NCBI GenBank assembly: GCA_963791045.1
Contig: CAWBQK010000011.1
Coordinates: 256,001 to 320,000, forward strand
Direction: 5' to 3'
Length of the DNA stretch: 64,000 bases
Source of the DNA: Candidatus Latescibacterota bacterium
GTDB lineage: Bacteria > Krumholzibacteriota > Krumholzibacteriia > WVZY01
Part shown: positions 38,898-48,885 of the stretch, piece by piece
Numbering within the stretch: position 1 is the stretch's first letter
Layout: each line of letters opens with the position of its first letter
Notes under the pieces: model-generated
Told to the model about the DNA's origin: nothing
The model's input: only the letters and a program-made list of their open reading frames with translations
The model's database searches: none
Translations under genes and position numbers: made by a program

Positions 38898-40265
38898 ATG
38901 CGACCTTCGAGTATTCGTTTTCGGATCACAATGTGGTACGCGGTGGTTCTCTTTCTCATTCTTGCCGCGGGTTCGACGGGCGTCTATTTCTTTATGAAAG
39001 GCAAACTCGAATTAGCCGCCCGCAGCCGGCTCGACCACGGGTACACTCTTGTCATGACGATCCTCGTGAACTCAGGCGGTGATGTCTACGACATCATGCA
39101 CCTCGGCGATGCGTATCCCTTTCTGTTGACCAAAAACGGTCTTATCGAACTCGAGACACGCGCGTGGACTCGCTCGGGTCTGGGCGAATTCGTTGAAGCC
39201 GGTTACGACAGCCCGTACGACTCCTGGACATCACCCTCCGGCGAGATTTATGAAATCAGATCCGGGACGGTTCCCGAGTACGGCTTCGAGCTTGTTTTCG
39301 CGCACGTGACCACGGGGGTGGCGGAAAACCTTCGCGTTCTGGCGTCGGTGCTTCTCGTGGGAATGCCGATCGTCCTCGTGCTTGCGTTGGTAGCCGGCTA
39401 TTTTCTTGCCGCGCGTGTTCTCGCGCCCGTGGAAGAAGTGACGAATAAGGCCCGCGAAATAACCGCGGATCTCCTGTCGGAGCGGTTGCCCGCGAGCAAT
39501 TCCACCGATGAGATCGGCCGTTTGACCGGGGTTGTGAACGATATGTTGAGCCGTCTCGAAAACTCCTTCGACGACCTCCGGCGGTTTACCGCGGACGCGT
39601 CACACGAGCTGCGGACGCCGTTGACATCGATCAGAAGTGTCGGTGAGGTTGCCCTCAAGCAGCCGGCGGATGCTGGCGCTACGGGCGCCGACGACAAATT
39701 GCGGGAAGCGATATCGAGTATGCTCGAAGAAACCGATCGGCTCACAGGCCTCGTTGACAATCTGCTTGTCCTCGCCCGCGGCGATTCAGACAACGTCAAA
39801 CTCACGCCCGCGAAGATCGATCTGTCACCATTTGTCGGCGCTATTGCCGGCCAGTTGAAGGTCGTCGCCGATGAGAAAAACCAGGCGCTGACGTGTGCCG
39901 CAGAATCTCCTGTCCGCATCACCGTCGATGAGGGAACGTTCCGCCATGCGGTTATCAACGTACTCCACAACGCGATTCTGTACACGCCCCCCGGCGGCCG
40001 CATCGACATCACCGTCGCCGACAACGACGGACTTGCAATCATAGACGTGATTGATAACGGGCCCGGTATATCCGCGGAAAATCGCGAACGCGTGTTCGAC
40101 CGGTTCTACAGGGTGGACAAGGCACGGACACGAGCCGAGGGCGGGACGGGACTGGGGTTGTCGATCGCTCGCTGGGCCACCGAAATCAATGGCGGCAGAA
40201 TCGAATTCCTCGACACCGATGCCCCCGGCACCCACTGCCGTATCTCACTCCCAACAACGATATAA
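38898..40265 (+). CDS. Sensor histidine kinase (two TM, HAMP; CusS-like)
   Basis: ADASHELRTPL, NVLHNA, DNGPG, FDRFYR and GTGLGLSI. Confidence 0.93.
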   Translation: MRPSSIRFRITMWYAVVLFLILAAGSTGVYFFMKGKLELAARSRLDHGYTLVMTILVNSGGDVYDIMHLGDAYPFLLTKNGLIELETRAWTRSGLGEFVEAGYDSPYDSWTSPSGEIYEIRSGTVPEYGFELVFAHVTTGVAENLRVLASVLLVGMPIVLVLALVAGYFLAARVLAPVEEVTNKAREITADLLSERLPASNSTDEIGRLTGVVNDMLSRLENSFDDLRRFTADASHELRTPLTSIRSVGEVALKQPADAGATGADDKLREAISSMLEETDRLTGLVDNLLVLARGDSDNVKLTPAKIDLSPFVGAIAGQLKVVADEKNQALTCAAESPVRITVDEGTFRHAVINVLHNAILYTPPGGRIDITVADNDGLAIIDVIDNGPGISAENRERVFDRFYRVDKARTRAEGGTGLGLSIARWATEINGGRIEFLDTDAPGTHCRISLPTTI

Positions 40266-40292
40266 CTGCCGGCACCGACCTCGTAGGGAGAA

Positions 40293-40476
40293 GGTACGGG
40301 TGGCGTCGATGGGGCCCCCGAGGCGGCGCAGCGTCGCGGAGTGCGGGGAGCTACCACAACGCTCCTATTGACGCATCTGCGGGGGCAGTGCAAATTGCTC
40401 TTGTCGGCGAATGGCCAACCGCACGAAGCGTAAGCGAGCACGCCTGGGGTAATCGACGACAGGACCCGTACCGAGC
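40293..40476. repeat. Intergenic palindromic element, copy C
   Basis: GGTACGGGT (40293-40301) pairs with ACCCGTACC (40464-40472) and CGTCGAT with ATCGACG; the ends are homologous to copy B. Confidence 0.85.
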
Positions 40477-40554
40477 CTTCACGCGAGGGCCTGAGGAAGG
40501 CCGCGCCGTCAAGCCAAGCGGAGCGAGGGCTAGAGAATGACTGCACCGGTCGCC

Positions 40555-41265
40555 TCAGTCGAGGTTTTTGGGGCAGAGGTGAGTGACGGGGCATACGTCG
40601 CACTGCGGCTTTCGCGCCGCACAGTAGCTTCGGCCATGATCGGCAAAGAGATGCGACATGTGCGTCCATTCCTTCTCCGGTGCGATCGCGGCGAGGTCGC
40701 GTTCGATCTTGTCGGGGTTGGTCTCTTCGGTGAATCCCATCCGCTTCGAGAGCCGCTTGACATGCGTGTCGACAACGATTCCCGGAATCCCGTAGGAGAC
40801 GCCAAGTATGCAGTTGGCCGTCTTGCGCCCCACGCCGCCGAGCTTGATGAGTTCCTCCATCGTCGATGGCACTTCGCCGCCGTGCAGTTCAACGAGTGAC
40901 GCGCAGCATTTCTTGATGCTCTTGGTCTTGTTCCGGTAGAAACCTGTTTTGAAGATATCCTGTTCGATCTCTTCCGAAGGGGCGTCGACGAACGCCTGGG
41001 GAGTGGGGTACCTTACGAAGAGCGAAGGTGAGATCCGGTTGACCATGGCGTCGGTGCATTGTGCGGCGAGGATCGTTGCGATCAGAAGTTCGAATGGGCT
41101 GCGGTGGTCGAGCATGCAATGGGCATCGGGATACTCAGCGGAGAGAGCCTCAATGATTTTGGAAAGACGCTTACCATCCTCGGCGCCACCCGCGCCACCC
41201 GCTCGGCCGGTGCCACCCGCGCCTGCTTTGGATTTCGACGTTTTTTTCTTAGAGCTGTCTGCCAT
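40555..41265 (-). CDS. nth: Endonuclease III
   Basis: ILAAQCTD, HhH GVGRKTAN, VDTHV and C-x6-C-x2-C-x5-C cluster motif. Confidence 0.95.
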   Translation of the reverse strand: MADSSKKKTSKSKAGAGGTGRAGGAGGAEDGKRLSKIIEALSAEYPDAHCMLDHRSPFELLIATILAAQCTDAMVNRISPSLFVRYPTPQAFVDAPSEEIEQDIFKTGFYRNKTKSIKKCCASLVELHGGEVPSTMEELIKLGGVGRKTANCILGVSYGIPGIVVDTHVKRLSKRMGFTEETNPDKIERDLAAIAPEKEWTHMSHLFADHGRSYCAARKPQCDVCPVTHLCPKNLD

Positions 41266-41268
41266 GCG

Positions 41269-43071
41269 TCACACGCCCTTTCGTCGTTTTTCGAAAACCG
41301 CTTTTACGCCGTCGGCGTCGAGTGAGTTGATAATGTCGTCTTTTGTCAGCCAGCCCTTTCGCGCGATTCCAACGCCGTAGAGATATTCGTGCATCCCATC
41401 AATCGTGTGCGAGTCGGGGTTGATCGCGATCATGACGCCGCGCTCTTTAGCCGAGCGAAGGTAGCGCCAGTCGAGATCGAGTCGGTGCGGGTTGGCGTTG
41501 ATTTCAATGAGAAGATCGTTCTTTGCCGCAGCGTCGATGAGTGCGTGGACGTCGACTTTGTATCCTTCGCGCGCGAGAAGCAGTCGGCCCGTAGGATGTC
41601 CCAGTATTGTCGAGTACGGGTTCTCTATCGCTTTTATGATCCGCGCCGTCATGTCGGCTTCCGACATCCCGAAGTTCTGATGGACCGATATGACGACAAA
41701 ATCGAGAATGTCGAGGACATCGGGCGGATAGTCGAGCGAACCGTCGGGAAGGATGTCCGATTCGATCCCATGAAAAATCCTGAACCCCCCGAGTCGCGAG
41801 TTAACTTCTTTTATTTCATCGGATTGGCGTTTGAGGTCGTCGGCCGACAGACCCCCGGCATACGCGGCGGTCTGGCTGTGGTCGGCGAGCCCGAGGTACT
41901 CGAACCCCATTTCCTGTGCCGCCCTTGCCATTTCTTCCACGGAGGCGGTGCCGTCGCTGTACGTGGTGTGGACGTGGAGGATCCCGCGGATGTCGTCCGC
42001 GGTGACGAGATTGGGAAGCGTGTGGTTTTCTGCCGCTTCCAACTCGTGCTGCGCTTCGCGAAGCTCGGGGGCGATATAGTCGAGACCGAGCGCGGCAAAT
42101 ATCGCCGCTTCATCCGCGCACGTCACACGTTCCTCACCCTTGAAGAGCCCGTACTCGTTGAGCTTGAAACCCATTTTCTTGGCGCGCCCGCGCATCTCGG
42201 TATTGTGTTCTTTGCTCCCCGTAAAATACGCGGAGGCGAACGGAAACTCTTCGTCGGTGACAACGCGGAGATCGACATTTATTCCGGACTTGAGCGTGAC
42301 ACTCGACTTGGTCTTGCCTTTCGCGATAACCGATGCGACACGATGGAATGTTGTGAAATCCTCCATGATCGAATCCGTCTTCGACGCGCTCACAAGTATG
42401 TCGATATCTTTGACTGTTTCCCTGTGGCGCCGGAGGCTTCCCGCGACGAGTGATCTTTTGACGTCGGGGTGGGCGTCGAGTGCTTCTTGCAGCACCTTCG
42501 ACTCGGCAAGGGCCTTATTGATCCGGTGGCGCTCGCTGTATCTCTTGACGTTTTGGATCCCCTCGAGAATCTTGATCTGCGTCCGTTCTCCAAACCCTTC
42601 GAGACCGGAGATCTTATCGTCCCGCGCCGTCTTCTCGAGGTCCTCGATCGATGTTACGCCGAGTTTTTCATAAAGCACACGGACCTTCTTCGGCCCGAGA
42701 CCGGGAATTCGGAGGAGCGCAAGCAGTCCGCCTGGGATTTTGCCGCGCGTCTCTTCGTAAAGGTCGAGCCGTCCGGTGGTGTACAACTCTTCGATCTGGG
42801 CAAAGAGCGACTTGCCGATTCCCTTGACCTCGAGGAGTTCGCCCGACGCGAGCATTTCGCCCAGGTCGCGCGGCAGGTTGTCGAGGGCTCTCGCCGCGTT
42901 CTGATACGATCGAATCTTGAAGGGGTTGTCGCCGAGAATTTCGAAGATGTTGGCCATTTCCTGAAGAGTCTTCGACACATCGGCCTTTGTCGTCGATGCG
43001 GCTCCGGCTTCGTGAGACTTTATCGGTCGGGCTTTATTCGGTGAATCGGATCGGTCGGAAGGCTTTTTCAT
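41269..43071 (-). CDS. polX: DNA polymerase X with PHP exonuclease domain
   Basis: AGSLRR, KDIDIL, DLRVV, FTGSKEHN; PHP motifs HVHT..SDG, DHS, GHPTGR and DSH. Confidence 0.95.
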   Translation of the reverse strand: MKKPSDRSDSPNKARPIKSHEAGAASTTKADVSKTLQEMANIFEILGDNPFKIRSYQNAARALDNLPRDLGEMLASGELLEVKGIGKSLFAQIEELYTTGRLDLYEETRGKIPGGLLALLRIPGLGPKKVRVLYEKLGVTSIEDLEKTARDDKISGLEGFGERTQIKILEGIQNVKRYSERHRINKALAESKVLQEALDAHPDVKRSLVAGSLRRHRETVKDIDILVSASKTDSIMEDFTTFHRVASVIAKGKTKSSVTLKSGINVDLRVVTDEEFPFASAYFTGSKEHNTEMRGRAKKMGFKLNEYGLFKGEERVTCADEAAIFAALGLDYIAPELREAQHELEAAENHTLPNLVTADDIRGILHVHTTYSDGTASVEEMARAAQEMGFEYLGLADHSQTAAYAGGLSADDLKRQSDEIKEVNSRLGGFRIFHGIESDILPDGSLDYPPDVLDILDFVVISVHQNFGMSEADMTARIIKAIENPYSTILGHPTGRLLLAREGYKVDVHALIDAAAKNDLLIEINANPHRLDLDWRYLRSAKERGVMIAINPDSHTIDGMHEYLYGVGIARKGWLTKDDIINSLDADGVKAVFEKRRKGV

Positions 43072-43931
43072 TTTTTGGTTTGGAAACCGAGCTTCTTCAT
43101 CAGCTCATCGAAATCAACCTGGTGGCCGTCGAGATTTATTTGACCCGACAAGTCGGGTGCTTCGCGCGTGCCCTCACTCCCGTCGGGTTGAGCAGGCGCG
43201 ACGTCGGGAGCATCGAACACGGCGGCAAGACTAATCGTCGTCGGGATGCTGAAGGGGCGCGTCGTGTCCGACGCGGATTTCAAAAACTTGATCGGACCGG
43301 CGGCATAGACGTGTTCGATTTCTTGTATCTGATCGCACACCGCTTTGAGTGTTTGCCGGACGGGGCCTTTGATGCCGTAGCTCCCATCCTCGGTGATCAC
43401 ATAGAGTTCATCGCAGTATTTGTCGAGCCGATCCAGCCAGAAGATTTCATTCTTCGACGGATAGCCCGCGATGAGCATTGTATAGCAACCCTTTTCCTTT
43501 AGCTCTCGGAGTCTTGTAAAAACGGCCGGCACGCCGAGACCCTCGGCAACAAGAAGCGCTTTGCCGGGGACAGGCATGTTGCCTGCCTGCTCCACCGTGC
43601 CGTCGATGTGTACGACCGAGTTCTCATCCAATTCCTGCGTGGTGACCGAAGAAGTGTCCTCCGCAGGCGCCGCGGTGTCGCCACTCGCGGTAAAAGAAGA
43701 GACGGGGTCGCGGAGAGCATCGGAATCCGCGGCAGGGTTGCGGATCACGATTGTGATGGTTCCCTTGTCCGTGTCGAAATCAGCAATGGCCCGCGGATGC
43801 GCCTCGGCCTGATCGCCGAGCCGGGTCATGACGACCTGGCCCGTCAGGGCGGCCGCTGCGATTTCAGGCGCCTCGATCTCGATCGCTGTAATAGAGTCCG
43901 TCAGTTTTTCGATAGATACGATTTGCGTCAT
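43068..43931 (-). CDS. NfnA/PyrK-like protein lacking the [2Fe-2S] and flavin/NAD motifs
   Basis: Collinear with NfnA (APEIA...GQ, IAD, TEDGSYGIKG, AGP, DGHQVDFDELM) but the DGxGxCGxC...C motif is absent. Confidence 0.75.
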   Translation of the reverse strand: MTQIVSIEKLTDSITAIEIEAPEIAAAALTGQVVMTRLGDQAEAHPRAIADFDTDKGTITIVIRNPAADSDALRDPVSSFTASGDTAAPAEDTSSVTTQELDENSVVHIDGTVEQAGNMPVPGKALLVAEGLGVPAVFTRLRELKEKGCYTMLIAGYPSKNEIFWLDRLDKYCDELYVITEDGSYGIKGPVRQTLKAVCDQIQEIEHVYAAGPIKFLKSASDTTRPFSIPTTISLAAVFDAPDVAPAQPDGSEGTREAPDLSGQINLDGHQVDFDELMKKLGFQTKK

Positions 43932-44018
43932 GTTTTCCTTTCCCGTGAAAACGGGGCGAATCATACACCACTATGATACCGGTATTCAAATGGGAAATGG
44001 AGAAAAGATCGAGCCGCG

Positions 44019-45211
44019 TCAGTCGGCAAACATCGATTTTATGGCGCCCCAGGACCGTTCTCTGACAGGGACACCACCGCAGCCCACCGGGTGAGCGCCG
44101 ATTTGCCCGCAAGAAACCCCGTCGGGATGGTTGCCGGGTGCGCACGGGGATGTTCCCTCGAGAAGGAGATCCAGGGAAAGCGGTGCGCAAAACAGCGGGT
44201 TCAAGCGGAAATTCCCGTTCACGCCTTCCTGATCCGCCAGAGGGCCGACCCAGTTGCCGCCGTTGTTGCCAAACAGGTCCGAACAGGAAAAGATCATCGA
44301 GGTCGTCTCGTGGAGCGCCGCGGCGCCGCCGGAGATACTATTCGCGATGATGGTGTTGTTGACCATGAGATCGGTGTCGGAGAGAAGCGCAATGCCGCCG
44401 CCCGCCGCCGCCTGGTTCTTATAAAACGTGCAAAAGCTAACGCTCGACGGTTCGCAGTTCTGGAGCGCCAATCCGCCGCCGTCCGACAGTCGATCGTGTT
44501 CCTGCGATATCGTGCAGTTCTCCATGACAAGCGGGACGTTGTAGCCGAACAGACCGGCGCCGTACCCGGTGGCCGTAGTTGTTTTGAATCACGCAGTTGG
44601 AAACCAGGCAGGTGAGCGGGGAATTGACAAAGAGAATCGCCCCGCCGTGATGTGCGGTGTTGCCTTCAAAAAAACAGTCGATGAGCTGTGGCGCTCCCCA
44701 ACCACCGTACCAGTACGCTCCGCCTTGTGTGGCCGAGTTGTATTTAAATATCGAATTCTTGATGATTGGCGACGAGAGATGCGCGGTGAATCCGCCGCCG
44801 ACCAGGTTGCCACGTTGTGTGGGACGCCGCGTGGGTAAATGTAAACCCATCGATGGTCAGACCGCCGGGGAAGTCCGGATAGTGTCCCTGGTAAAAGAAG
44901 ACCCGGCCCTGGTTCTCTCCGTCGAGAATAGTCATCGCAGGGCCTTGTTCGCTCACGATGGTCATCGCGGGCCAATCGCGCATGATCCGGATCATGCCGT
45001 AATCGTCCCCCGTCCCCTGGCTCGACCAGCTGTAAACGCCGGGACCGACGAGAACGGTGTCGTCCTGCGCCGCCGATTCGATGCCCGCCTGGATTGTCGG
45101 GGCGTCGCCCGTGCCGTCGGCTTTGATATACCACGTTCTCGAGTGCGAGACGGATACGGATGCCAGCATAAAACAAGCGATGGCGAGCAACATACGGCAG
45201 GTACGGTTCAT
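44019..45211 (-). pseudogene. Secreted right-handed beta-helix protein with SWGAIKSMF tail, frameshifted at least twice (possibly sequencing error)
   Basis: DGTGDAPTIQAGI...VLVGPGVY, N.A..GGA repeats, NPLFC...SPC...GC...SWGAIK, spread over three frames with +1 shifts near 44830 and 44572. Confidence 0.75.
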
Positions 45212-45379
45212 TGACGGTCTCCCAGGGTAGAGACGATGTGGGGATTTAAGGGCGGGGCTATGCCTAATTATAAAACATCGAAAGGGTGAAAGCAACGGCA
45301 CGGCTTCAAGTTAGCCGTGCCGAAGACTCGAACACAATTCGAGGTGGCAGTATTTTGAACACAACGTCAGGCAGTGTCC

Positions 45380-46874
45380 TTAACTCACGCCTCCCATCAA
45401 CCGTTTTATCGGTTTGATAAAGAAAGCAAGAATGAGCCCGGCGCCGATGGGCACCAGCGCGACAATAAGAAACAACTGCGGCAGCGGGAGCGTGTCGTAG
45501 AATCCGGCGAGACGCCCACCCATGTAGTTGCCGACCGAACCGGCGAGGAACCACACCCCCATCATCAGGCCACCCACACGCGCCGGCGCCAGTTTGGTCA
45601 CCGTGCTGAGTCCAACCGGACTCAAGACTCAACTCCCCAAATGTGTGCAGGAGCATCGCCGACACAAGCCACATCGAGCTCACGCGCGACACCCCTCCCG
45701 AAGACATCGCGGCGGCGACCATTATGAGATATCCGACTCCAACGAACACCATTCCGATCGCGAATTTGCTCGGGCTTGACGGTTCGCGACCGCGTTTGTT
45801 GAGCCACAACCACAGCCAGGCGAACACACCGGCAAAGACGACAATGAAGAGCGCGTTCAACGATTGGAAATACCCCGCCGGGAACTCCCAGCCAAGGATA
45901 ACGCGGTTTGTAAAATCGCGTGCAAAGAGGTTAATGGACGAGCCGTGCTGCTCGAACGCGCCCCAGAAAAGTGCCGCGCAAAAGAACAGCAAGAGGATTA
46001 CAAGAAGTCTGTTCCGCTCGACGGGTGTCCAGTGGCCTGCCTTGAATATCCATATGAAAGTAATGGCGGCGATGAGTGCGAGGACGATGCCAAACACATT
46101 TGATACGCCCTCCGCCGTTACAGCCACAATCCCCGTCTTCTTGAGGATGACGATGAGGATGATTGCCGCCACAACCGATCCGATTCCGACGATAAAGTTT
46201 CGGATCCGGCTCAGCCTCTCCTGTTCGTCCCTGGCGGGCGCCGGGTGTTTTCCGGCCTCGCCGAGGTATTTGCTTCCATAGACAAACTGAACAAGACCAA
46301 GAATCATCCCGACACCCGAGGCGACAAAAGCGAGGTGCCAGTTGACCTGCTCGCCTATGAAGCTGCAGATAAGTGGAGCCGAGAAGGCGCCGATGTTGAT
46401 TCCCATGTAATAGACGCTAAAACCGGAGTCGCGGCGTGCATCTCCTTCTTTGTAGAGCATCCCGACCATCGTGCTTGCGTTGGGCTTGAGAAGGCCGGTG
46501 CCCAGCGCGATAGTGGCAAGGCCGAAATAGAACAACAACATGCCCGGCGCGGCGAGCATGAAGTTGCCCGCTGAAATAAAAATACCGCCAAGGATAACCG
46601 ACTTCCGGTGCCCGAGAATGTTGTCGGCAAACCATCCGCCGGGAAGGCTCGCCATGTAACCGGAGGCCGTGTAGACGGCGTAGATTGCACCCGCCTTGGC
46701 CACGTCGAACTCGAGACCGCCGTCGGTGTTGCGCGCCGTCATATAAAGAATGAGGAGTGCCCTCATCCCGTAATAACTAAAACGCTCCCACATCTCCGTG
46801 AAGAAGAGCGTGGAGAGACCGCGCGGGTGACCGAGCCACTGTTTTTCATGGGCGTTGGAAGCGGTACTGCTCAT
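45380..46874 (-). CDS. dtpT: POT/PTR-family di-/tripeptide:H+ symporter with a +1 frameshift near 45625
   Basis: GHPRGL, EMWERFSYYGMRA, LKPN, YMGINIGA; the expected SPVGLS..TKLAP continues in another frame. Confidence 0.85.
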
Positions 46875-46985
46875 GTTTGACGATCCTTGTCAGAATTGTT
46901 TCGTCATGGGCGGATTCGCGGAAGTGGAAGTCCGCCGGTAAATCACCGGGACCGATGCGGGGCGCAAAATCAAAAATGTGGACGG

Positions 46986-47030
46986 ATTGTAACGGACGAC
47001 TTGCAATAAGTCAAGGCAACCCACTAAGAT
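46986..47030. promoter_or_regulatory. Overlapping divergent sigma-70 promoters
   Basis: Minus strand TTGACT-17-TACAAT (47014 to 46986); plus strand TTGCAA-18-TAAGAT (47001 to 47030). Confidence 0.55.
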
Positions 47031-47098
47031 ACACAGACGAAGAGAAAGGGAGGCGCGAAGCCGACATTGCAGTTGAATTCGGTTAAACTCAAGACGTT

Positions 47099-48064
47099 AT
47101 GTGTGCTGAGAAAAAAAAGATCACGTTGAGCTGTGAGGTGGATAACTACCGGTCGGGTTGGTCGGTCGTCCAATTCTTGTCCCACCGCTTCAAGTACCAC
47201 ACGGCCGATCGGTGGACTCAGCGCGTGCTCGACGGCTTCGTCCGCGTCAACGACGCCGATGTGACTCCCGATCATGTTGTGAAAAAGGACGACACGATCA
47301 CCTACACATTCCATCACACCGAACCCGATGTTGATTTCAAATACGATATTGTTTATGAAGACGAGTATCTGCTGGCCGTTTCGAAATCGGGGAACATCCC
47401 CGTCCACGCTTGCGGCGTCTACATCAGCAATACGTTGATCGGTACGCTCAAAAACATCCACGGCGATCACTTGAATCTCGCCCACCGGCTCGATCGGGAG
47501 ACCAGCGGCCTGGTGCTGTTGTCAAAGGATCCAAAAACCGCGCGAATTATGGGGCGGATGTTTGCCGACTCCGAGGTGACCAAACGGTACAAGGCTGTTG
47601 TCCACGGCAGGGTAGAGCAATCGGTTGTCGATATCGATGCGCCGATCGGCAAGACCATCGAAGAAATCACCGACCGCCCCGATGAAGAAATCGACGGTGA
47701 CCTGGCCGAGGATCTACCACGGTACGTTCCGAGGCGGCGAGTTGATTTCGAAAAAGGGAAACAGGCGGCGACCAGATGTGAAGTCGAAGAGTATCTCGGG
47801 GACTTTACGTTGGTGAAAGCATTCCCGGTGTCCGGCCGAACCAACCAAATACGGGTGCATCTCGACTATATCGGTCATCCCATTGTTGGGGACAAGGTGT
47901 ACAAACCACCCGGCGTTGAATCGTCCGGGGAACTTATCGCGAGGCACGCCCTCCACTGTGCTGAGCTCGGTTTTACGCACCCCATCACCGGGCGTTCGAT
48001 CGAACTCTTCGCGCCCCCCGCGGAGGATATCGAAAAGCTCATCGCTTCGCTCCGTCGACTATAG
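47099..48064 (+). CDS. RluA-family pseudouridine synthase
   Basis: S4-like N-terminus, HRLDRETSG, GRTNQIRVH, GHPIVGD and ALH. Confidence 0.93.
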   Translation: MCAEKKKITLSCEVDNYRSGWSVVQFLSHRFKYHTADRWTQRVLDGFVRVNDADVTPDHVVKKDDTITYTFHHTEPDVDFKYDIVYEDEYLLAVSKSGNIPVHACGVYISNTLIGTLKNIHGDHLNLAHRLDRETSGLVLLSKDPKTARIMGRMFADSEVTKRYKAVVHGRVEQSVVDIDAPIGKTIEEITDRPDEEIDGDLAEDLPRYVPRRRVDFEKGKQAATRCEVEEYLGDFTLVKAFPVSGRTNQIRVHLDYIGHPIVGDKVYKPPGVESSGELIARHALHCAELGFTHPITGRSIELFAPPAEDIEKLIASLRRL

Positions 48065-48724
48065 CGAGAGGTTTATCCCGGTGTTGAATGCGTGGACGAT
48101 GGGTCGCCCTTTTGTGTCCTGTCGGACATAATTGACGGTGACGCCCATATGATCGATGAGGAAAATCTGTGTTCCCAGGAGGAACCGATTTCGATTTGGA
48201 TAGTCGCCCCAGTGCTCCCTGTCGTCGCCGAATACCTCGGTGGCGACAAACGGCGCAACGGAGAATCTGCCAAACTGTGCCTTGTAGGAGAAGCCGACTT
48301 TTGCTCGGAACCGGATATGGTCCTCGATCAGGTTCTGCTCGAAGTATCTTGATTCTACACGGAATCGCGAAATAAGCGTTATGCCGCCGAAGATACCCGG
48401 CGTCCATCCACCCTGAACCGCCACCCGGTTCTCGCTCTCCTCGAGCGTTTGTGTTTGCAGGTTTTCACGTCTGTAGAGAACGCCGACATAAAATTTAGCG
48501 GGCAGTTTGGATGTCAGCCCACCCTGGATACCGTCGAGGAACGGATCGCCGAAGGACATTCCCTCCGCGTAGCGGCTTTCGTGGCAAAATTGTAAACTGA
48601 AGTTTTTTGAAGCGCTGATTTTCAGCGTGTTTGTCATCCAAGCCTGATCAGCGGCCAGCGCACAATTCGCGGCCGCTCCCACAAAAAGAAACAGTAGCCC
48701 CGATGTGAATACAATGCGTTTCAT
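48059..48724 (-). CDS. DUF2490-like outer-membrane beta-barrel protein
   Basis: Signal peptide; ENR, RFRVESR, RFR, E.F and NR..LG pattern. Confidence 0.7.
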   Translation of the reverse strand: MKRIVFTSGLLFLFVGAAANCALAADQAWMTNTLKISASKNFSLQFCHESRYAEGMSFGDPFLDGIQGGLTSKLPAKFYVGVLYRRENLQTQTLEESENRVAVQGGWTPGIFGGITLISRFRVESRYFEQNLIEDHIRFRAKVGFSYKAQFGRFSVAPFVATEVFGDDREHWGDYPNRNRFLLGTQIFLIDHMGVTVNYVRQDTKGRPIVHAFNTGINLSL

Positions 48725-48885
48725 TCCAACAACCCAACCTCTCATCGCCTTCCAAAATATCTGTATGTCGTTTAGAGCCGACACTCTTCGAGTGCGGCTC
48801 AAACGACACTAAAAATGTGGGCGCAAGCGTTGTCATAAGTCCTTCCGGCCGCGCCCGGTGTTGCGCGGCGGCGGTTCTTTGGCGG

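Noticed and set aside
38212-40265. Heavy-metal resistance locus
   Set aside because: The two-component pair is CusRS-like, but no efflux or metal-binding genes are adjacent, so the stimulus cannot be assigned.
41184-41224. Short GCCACCCGC repeats at the nth 5' end
   Set aside because: They encode a Gly/Ala low-complexity linker and are not an independent element.
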